The notes beneath the pieces are model-generated. The model was not told the DNA's origin. It did no database searches and worked only from the letters and a program-made list of their open reading frames with translations. Of a stretch of 32,000 nt of DNA, positions 25,861-32,000 are shown piece by piece. A program made the position numbers and the translations under genes. Position 1 is the first letter of the stretch. The number at the start of each line of letters is the position of its first letter. Source of the stretch: an uncultured delta proteobacterium. Lineage in GTDB: Bacteria; Desulfobacterota; Syntrophorhabdia; Syntrophorhabdales; WCHB1-27. Location of the stretch: contig CAWFMJ010000024.1 of NCBI GenBank assembly GCA_963816715.1, forward strand, positions 14,111 to 46,110, in the 5' to 3' direction.

Positions 25861-28475
25861 ATGCGCGAAAAAGAAAGACCGCCTGACGAGTCCGGCGAAA
25901 ACCTCAAAGAATACCGCGAAAAACGGGACTTCTCGGTCACTCCCGAGCCGCCAGGGACAAAAGGCGCCGAGGAAGAAAGGCCGCTCTCTTTCGTGGTTCA
26001 CAAGCATCAGGCCTCGCATCTTCACTATGATCTCCGTCTGGAACTTGACGGAGTGTTGAAAAGCTGGGCAGTCCCGAAGGGGCCGTCCCTCGATCCGGGC
26101 GAAAGAAAGCTGGCGATGATGGTGGAGGACCACCCCTTCGACTACCGGACCTTTGAGGGAGTCATCCCCGAGGGCAATTACGGGGCCGGGACAGTGATGA
26201 TCTGGGACCGGGGCGATTATCGCGCCGCTGGCCGCACGGGCCGACGGGAGAGCGAGGAGGCGCTGAGACAGGGTTTGAGCCGAGGCCATATCAGCTTCGT
26301 GCTGAACGGGCAAAAGCTGAAGGGGGAATTCGCCCTCGTGCGTTTGAAAAGAGCCGAAGAGAACAGTTGGCTTCTCATTAAGGCAAAGGATGAATTCGCG
26401 CAAAGTCCGTGGCGTCCGCAGGACGAGACGTCGGTCGCCTCCGGTAGGAGCATGGAGGAAATCGCGGCGGCGGAGGCCGCTACCCCCGCAGCGGCCCTTC
26501 ACGCTAAGGAGAAGGACCGCCAGGCGCCAAAGTACACGCCCCTCGACCTTGCCGATGCCCCGGCAGCGCCCATGCCCGCGCATGTCAAGCCGATGATGGC
26601 AACCCTCGTGGAAAAGCCCTTCGACCGGCCCGGCTGGCTCTTTGAAATCAAGTGGGACGGGTATCGGGCTCTTTGCGAGGTGAAAGGAGGCGCTGTCCGC
26701 CTCTACTCCCGAAACGACTTGACCATGAATGATCGCTTCCCGGCCCTGGCGGCGGCCCTCGCCAGCTTGCCCTTCGACGCTTTGCTTGATGGAGAGATAG
26801 TGGCGCTGGACAAATCGGGGAAGGCCGACTTTCAACTGCTTCAAAATTACCTGACGTCGGGCCAGGGCGAGCTTGTCTATTATGTCTTCGACCTCCTTTA
26901 CTACAGTGGCCGGGACCTCAGAGTGCTTCCCCTCACCAGACGCAAATCGGCCCTCGAGAAGATTATCGCGGGCCGACCCTTCCTGAGGCTGAGCGACCAT
27001 GTGGAGGCGCAGGGAGAGGCCCTTTTCCAGGCGGCGAAAGAGGCAGGCGTCGAGGGGATCGTCGCAAAGGACGGCGGCAGTCCCTACCGGTCGGGTCATC
27101 GGGGCCGGGAATGGCTGAAGGTGAAGACGCACTTGCGCCAGGAAGCGGTGATCGCCGGCTTCACTCAGCCGCGGGGCGGAAGGACCGGCTTTGGCGCCCT
27201 CGTCCTCGGTGTTTACGAAAACGGCTCGCTCGTCTACATCGGTCATACGGGCGGCGGATTTACCGACGCGCAGCTCGAGTCTCTTCACAAGCTCCTTCTG
27301 CCGCTTGCCGCAAAAGAGTCCCCTTTCAATAAGCCGCCGGCGACGAACACGCCGGCGACGTGGGTCGCCCCCAAGCTCGTCGCCGAAATCAGCTTTTCCG
27401 AGTGGACGAAGGAGGGGATCATGCGCCACCCTGTTTTTCTTGGCCTACGAGAAGATCTCGATCCCCTTGACGTGAAGAAGGAGCAACCCCAAAACCTGTC
27501 ATTCGGGACGATGCCCGGCTCAGACCCTCAGGTGGGGACGGAAGCCTCGAGAAAGCGCAAAGGAAGGCTCGTCGCCATCAACGACGTCAAGGTCGATCTG
27601 ACCAATCTGGAGAAGGTGCTCTGGCCCGGCGAAGGATATACCAAAGCAGACCTGATTGCCTACTACCGGTCTGTGGCGCCCTTTATCCTCCCCTATCTCA
27701 AGGACCGCCCGGAGTCGCTCCATCGCCATCCCGACGGCATCGCTTCCCCGGCTTCTTCCAGAAGAACGTCGGCAACGCCTTCCCGGCCTGGGTCGAAACG
27801 GTCCGCGTCTATTCAGAGTCGGACGGCAAGGAAGTGAACTACCTCCTCTGTCAGGACGAAGCGGCCCTCGTCTACATGGCAAACCTCGGCTGCATCGAGA
27901 TCAATCCCTGGCATGCAAGGACCGGACATCTCGATAATCCCGATTACATGGTCCTCGACCTCGACCCCCTGGACATTCCGTTCCATGAGGTGGTGCGATG
28001 CGCCCTTGTCACCCGCGACGTGCTCGCCACGGTAGGCGCCGCCTGTTTCTGCAAGACATCGGGCGCCACAGGCCTTCACGTTTATGTCCCCCTCGGAGCC
28101 CAATACTCCCACGATCAGGCCACGCAGTTCGCCCGGCTCGTCAACCACCTGGTACACCGGCGTCTGCCCGGCAGCACAAGCCTCGAAAGGATGCCGGAGA
28201 AGCGAAAAGGAAGGGTCTACCTCGACTTCCTCCAAAACGGCCGCGGTCAGACCCTCGTTGCGCCCTATTGCCTGCGGCCCGGAAAAGGCGCTCCGGCTTC
28301 CACCCCGCTTCTCTGGGAAGAGGTGAACGACTCCCTCGATCCCGCCCGCTTCACCATAGAGACCATGGGGGCGCGTTTGCAGCAGATGGGCGATCTGTGG
28401 AAAGATGTGCTCGGCCCCGGCATCGATATGGAGCAGTGTCTCGCCCGAATCGACGAAATGTTCGAAAAACCGTAG
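25861..28475 (+). CDS. ligD: ATP-dependent DNA ligase LigD (phosphoesterase-ligase-polymerase), interrupted by a frameshift near 27743-27750
   Basis: PE domain VVHKHQASHLHYDLRLELDGVLKSWAVPKGPS; ligase motif EIKWDGYRA; polymerase domain split: ...LKDRPESLHRHPDGI in the first frame, GFFQKNVGNAFPAWVETVRVYSESDGKEVNYLLCQDEAALVYMANLGCIEINPWH... in the second (ORF caller: 25861..27837 and 27834..28475). Confidence 0.93.
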
Positions 28476-28765
28476 CCTCTTCTCTTTCGACCCACTGCGT
28501 TGAAGCATAGTCGCGTCGTGTTCTCTGCTTAGCGCGAGATGTTGCACGAGACGCTCACCCTTCTGGCGATGAGGGGAAAACGCACCGGCGTCGCGACGTG
28601 CCTGCAAAGGGAAGGAAATGGTGCGCCGAGGTCTTTGCGGTTCCAGGTTTTTTTGGAAACGGCGGCGGGATCGGAGGCTGCCCTTGTCGGCGTCCAGGAC
28701 AGCCTCCCTATGCTCAAGCTATGCGCCTGTTGGGCGTGAAACCCTGCGCATTCCTGTTTTCCCTC

Positions 28766-29986
28766 CTACCACGTGTTGGGCGCCATCTTGATCGTCCATA
28801 CCTTGGGAAGGGCCGGATAGACGGGCATGCGTTCGCCATTCCACCACTGGAGCCCAAGAAGCGGCGTGAAGGCCAGGCCTTTCTCGTTGAATTTGACGTC
28901 GCCCATGGTGCTGCTCTTGAAAGAGCCTCCGAACACGGCGTCTCTCACCTTCTCGGGTTTCAGCGAACCGGCCTTCTCTATGGCCATGCAAAGAATCTCG
29001 GCATTGGCGTAGGAGAGTCCGACGCTCGTGGAGTCGCGTCCGTTGTGGTCCTTCATGAAGCGTTTCTGAAGCTCTTCCGACATGGGCGCACCGTTTTTGG
29101 AGGCCCAGAAGCCGTCATGAATCACGTAGTTTGCGTCTTTGCCCATGGCCTGGACGAACTCCCTCGGCCAGAACCCCTTCCATCCGTGCAGATACGGCAC
29201 CCTGAAGCCTTGCTCTTTCATCTGGCGCAGGAGGGTGATTCCGTCGGTGGGAGACCCCAGCCACAGCAGCGCGTCCGCCTTAGCCGCTTTCCATTTCAGG
29301 ATGAATGAGGAGAAGTCTTTCATCCCCGGTGCGTAGGGCTCGTCAACAACAAAGGTGTAGCCGTACTGCTTTGCGAAAGCTTTGAATCCTCCCCCGAAGC
29401 CCTGGCCGTCCTGATTGTCCTCCATCATGAGGGCGGGTCTTTGCGGCCGCTGCTCTTTTGGCAAGGCCTCCCAGATAAGGAACGGGGCGTGGGCCGCTTC
29501 GGCCGCACTGGTGAAAAAGTCGGACGTCCACTTGAAGTTTCCTTTTTCGATGTCTTCCAGCCAGCTTGTAGCAATCGGATAGTACATCTTGTATTTCTCG
29601 CAGACGGTAGCCGCGGCGAGGTTGATCGGCGTGATGTTGCTGGAAAGGGCGAAGTTGATCTTATTCACCCTGATGAGCCGCTCCATCCCCTCCGCTCCGC
29701 CGTCAGGAACAGATTTGTCATCCGCGAAGATAAGCTTCACGGGCAGCTTCCTGTTGTACTCCTTGACGAAAACGCCGCCTTTCTTGTTGATGTCTATGAT
29801 CGCCTGCTCGTAGGCCCATTTCATCTCCGCCGCGGTCATTGCGTTCATGCCGGTCAGAGAAACGAGCGCGCCCACAAGGATTTCCTTTGGCCCTTCCGCA
29901 GCCGTCGCCCTGCTCAAAGGCGCCAGACAAACCGCGAGCAGCAAGAAGATGAAGCCGAGCCACAACAGACGTTTCTTTTGCGTCAT
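28766..29986 (-). CDS. ABC transporter substrate-binding protein, branched-chain amino acid (LivJ-like) type
   Basis: Signal peptide MTQKKRLLWLGFIFLLLAVCLAPLSRATA; ILVGALVSLTGMNAMTAAEMKWAYEQAIIDINKKGG; LWLGSPTDGITLLRQMKEQGF. Confidence 0.88.
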   Translation of the reverse strand: MTQKKRLLWLGFIFLLLAVCLAPLSRATAAEGPKEILVGALVSLTGMNAMTAAEMKWAYEQAIIDINKKGGVFVKEYNRKLPVKLIFADDKSVPDGGAEGMERLIRVNKINFALSSNITPINLAAATVCEKYKMYYPIATSWLEDIEKGNFKWTSDFFTSAAEAAHAPFLIWEALPKEQRPQRPALMMEDNQDGQGFGGGFKAFAKQYGYTFVVDEPYAPGMKDFSSFILKWKAAKADALLWLGSPTDGITLLRQMKEQGFRVPYLHGWKGFWPREFVQAMGKDANYVIHDGFWASKNGAPMSEELQKRFMKDHNGRDSTSVGLSYANAEILCMAIEKAGSLKPEKVRDAVFGGSFKSSTMGDVKFNEKGLAFTPLLGLQWWNGERMPVYPALPKVWTIKMAPNTW

Positions 29987-30289
29987 AGTCCCCCCCTTTG
30001 TTTTGTCGCCTTCCCTTCTATTGTCCCATGATTGCCGTCACTGCGAAGATGCTCTGCCGATTTGCGTTCGCACATCCCCCCTTTCTTACGAGACGCGACG
30101 TATAAGCGCGACAGAACCGGGCCTTCCCCATCGGCGTTTAGAAACCGGACACGACGCTTTTAAAACATGGGCGCATCCGCCGTTCCTACCGGATGCCTGA
30201 CGCGCAACGGTACCTCCATTATACACCAGCACCATGCGGCAAGCACGATGATTTCCGCGCCTTTAAAAAAATGCTACGCTAAGGAACCC

Positions 30290-31885
30290 ATGCGAGTATT
30301 GCTTGTTCAGCCGCCCATAGAGGACTTTTACGACACCTCCATCAGGACGTACCCGCTCGGTCTGCTCTATCTCGCGACGCGCGTGAGCGCGATTGCCGAC
30401 GTCGTCCTCCTCGATGCGAGGACCGGCTACAAGCCGCGGCAGCTTCCGAAGCACGAATTTCATGAGCTTGAGCCGTTCTACAGGGAAAGCTTCACTCCTT
30501 TTTCGTTTTTCAGCCGCTACCGTCGTTTTGGGCTCACTTCCGTTGAAATGAGACAGATCGTGGAAAAGGAACGGCCCGACGTGGCGGCGATCTCCTCAAT
30601 GTGCAGCGCCTACGAAAAAGAGGCGTTGGAAGCGGCAACGGCGGCCAAAGAGGCGAACCGGGAAATCGTGACCGTGATGGGCGGCGTCCACGCTACGCTC
30701 TTCCCTGAACGCCTTCTTGCGCATCCCGATGTCGATTACTGCGTGCGGGGAGAAGGAGAAACGCCCTTTTTTGAGCTGGTTTCCGCCTTGTGCCGTGGTC
30801 TGCGGCCGGGCAGCGACATTCCGGGTCTCTGTTTTAGGGAAGGCGGGCAGTTCCACATCTCCGATCCGAACGTCGAGACGGACATCGACCTCCTGCCCGC
30901 CCGACAGTATGCGGACGCGAGCCGTTACGTGATCAACAGGAAAAAGTATGCTTTCTTTCTCACTTCCAGGGGTTGCCCCTTTTCCTGCGCTTTTTGCGGG
31001 AAACCGCCCATCCCCTACAGGAAGCGGCGACTGGACGGCATCGCCGAAGAGATAGAAGCGTGCGCCGGAGGGGGCATAGAAGCAATCGACTTTGAGGACG
31101 ATATGCTCAATCTGGACAAGCAATCTTTCCAGGCGACGCTTAACCTGCTTGCCCCCAAAGCATTCACGCTGTCCGCCATGAACGGCATATACCCGACGCA
31201 CATGGATGCGGCAACGCTGGATCTCATGTATTCGGCCGGCTTTCGACGCCTCAACTTTTCCGTCGTGGATCTGTCCGAGTCGATCCTGTCGGCCCAGGGG
31301 AGAGCATCCCAGAAAAGTTTCATGAAGCTCCTGCCCTATCTCGACCGCTCGCCCTTCCTGACAGAAGTCCATTTTATCGTGGGCCTGCCGGGGCAACGCC
31401 CCGCGGACCTGCTGGATACCCTCTGCTTTCTCATGGGTCAGAGACTGCTATTGGGACCCAGCATCTTTTATCTTTCGCCGGGCAGTCCGATAGCCGCATC
31501 CTTCGACAGCGCCGCGGCGCCGTTGGCGCGGATGCGGTCGAGCGCCATGCTTCCCGTCAACCCGCTCTTTCCGCGGAGCGTCACCTTCGCCTTCATGAAG
31601 CTCGTGAGGTTCATCAACTACACAAAGCAACTCCTCGACCGGCACGACGGCATAAGCAGGGCGAGCGAACTCCCCGTTATTCAAGCCGTCGCGGCCGACG
31701 AGCGGAAGCAAGTGATCTTCGAGCGTCTCCTGTTCGGGAAGAAGTTCGTCTGCTACGAGCCGGGGCGGAACGGGCCTGAGGATGAAGCAGCCGACCCCAA
31801 CCTGGTCCGGATGTTCTTCGAGAAAGCGAAAGGAATGACCATCAAAGGGTACAAGACGGACAAGACGCTGCTGGTAGACGTCTGA
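30290..31885 (+). CDS. B12-binding domain radical SAM protein
   Basis: MRVLLVQPPIEDFYDTSIRTYPLGLLYLATRVS, VTVMGGVHATLFPERLLAHPDVDYCVRGEGE, SRGCPFSCAFCGKPP (CxxxCxxC). Confidence 0.9.
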   Translation: MRVLLVQPPIEDFYDTSIRTYPLGLLYLATRVSAIADVVLLDARTGYKPRQLPKHEFHELEPFYRESFTPFSFFSRYRRFGLTSVEMRQIVEKERPDVAAISSMCSAYEKEALEAATAAKEANREIVTVMGGVHATLFPERLLAHPDVDYCVRGEGETPFFELVSALCRGLRPGSDIPGLCFREGGQFHISDPNVETDIDLLPARQYADASRYVINRKKYAFFLTSRGCPFSCAFCGKPPIPYRKRRLDGIAEEIEACAGGGIEAIDFEDDMLNLDKQSFQATLNLLAPKAFTLSAMNGIYPTHMDAATLDLMYSAGFRRLNFSVVDLSESILSAQGRASQKSFMKLLPYLDRSPFLTEVHFIVGLPGQRPADLLDTLCFLMGQRLLLGPSIFYLSPGSPIAASFDSAAAPLARMRSSAMLPVNPLFPRSVTFAFMKLVRFINYTKQLLDRHDGISRASELPVIQAVAADERKQVIFERLLFGKKFVCYEPGRNGPEDEAADPNLVRMFFEKAKGMTIKGYKTDKTLLVDV

Positions 31886-32000
31886 GAGAAACCTCCCGCT
31901 TGCCTTTTTCGGCTGTTGTACATAGGTTCGATAGAAGGACGGAAGGCGTCGCGCGAATAGCGACTCGGGCCCGCCGGGAGAGCCTGCTCGTTCGGCGGTC

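Noticed and set aside
25831-27429. 532-aa minus-strand ORF
   Set aside because: Antisense shadow of ligD in high-GC DNA; no recognisable domains, while the plus strand encodes unmistakable LigD motifs.
1-32000. CRISPR arrays, phage structural genes, transposases, retron or toxin-antitoxin modules
   Set aside because: No regularly spaced repeats, recombinase/transposase motifs or typical defence proteins were seen in any called ORF.

Overview
The window looks like a genome fragment from an anaerobic, Desulfobacterota/Syntrophorhabdus-type bacterium (taxonomic guess from gene content, not tested). From left to right it holds: (1) a catabolic-looking cluster at about 0-8.5 kb: fused hydantoinase A/B-type (acetophenone carboxylase-like) ORF, flavodoxin-fold oxidoreductase, MFS transporter, SnoaL-like protein, CaiB/BaiF CoA-transferase and enoyl-CoA hydratase; (2) a multi-PAS/LuxR regulator and a methyl-accepting chemotaxis protein; (3) a compact arsenic/mercury locus at 13.4-17.4 kb, arsC-hgcB-hgcA on the minus strand divergent from arsR-acr3-C_GCAxxG_C_C on the plus strand; (4) housekeeping genes dgt, pseudo-receiver protein, valS, gatC, gatA; (5) DNA repair genes: type-4 UDG, ku and ligD, the last two each interrupted by an apparent frameshift; (6) an amino-acid-type ABC substrate-binding protein and a B12-binding radical SAM protein. 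The strongest unusual signal is in hgcA, the corrinoid protein of mercury methylation. The conserved-looking N-terminal coding sequence continues about 53 codons upstream of the ATG used by the ORF caller, contains no ATG/GTG/TTG/CTG, and reaches an in-frame TGA in the context ...AAKAC[TGA]GPKQ.... The same frame continues past the TGA to upstream ATG codons. Immediately downstream of the TGA is a strong stem-loop (6 bp + internal loop + 7 bp, apical loop AGGC, 19 nt after the UGA) with the geometry of a bacterial SECIS element. This supports, but does not prove, a selenocysteine-containing HgcA with a Cys-Sec pair in an N-terminal extension. All calls come from reading the sequence and recalled family knowledge; no database search or folding program was run.
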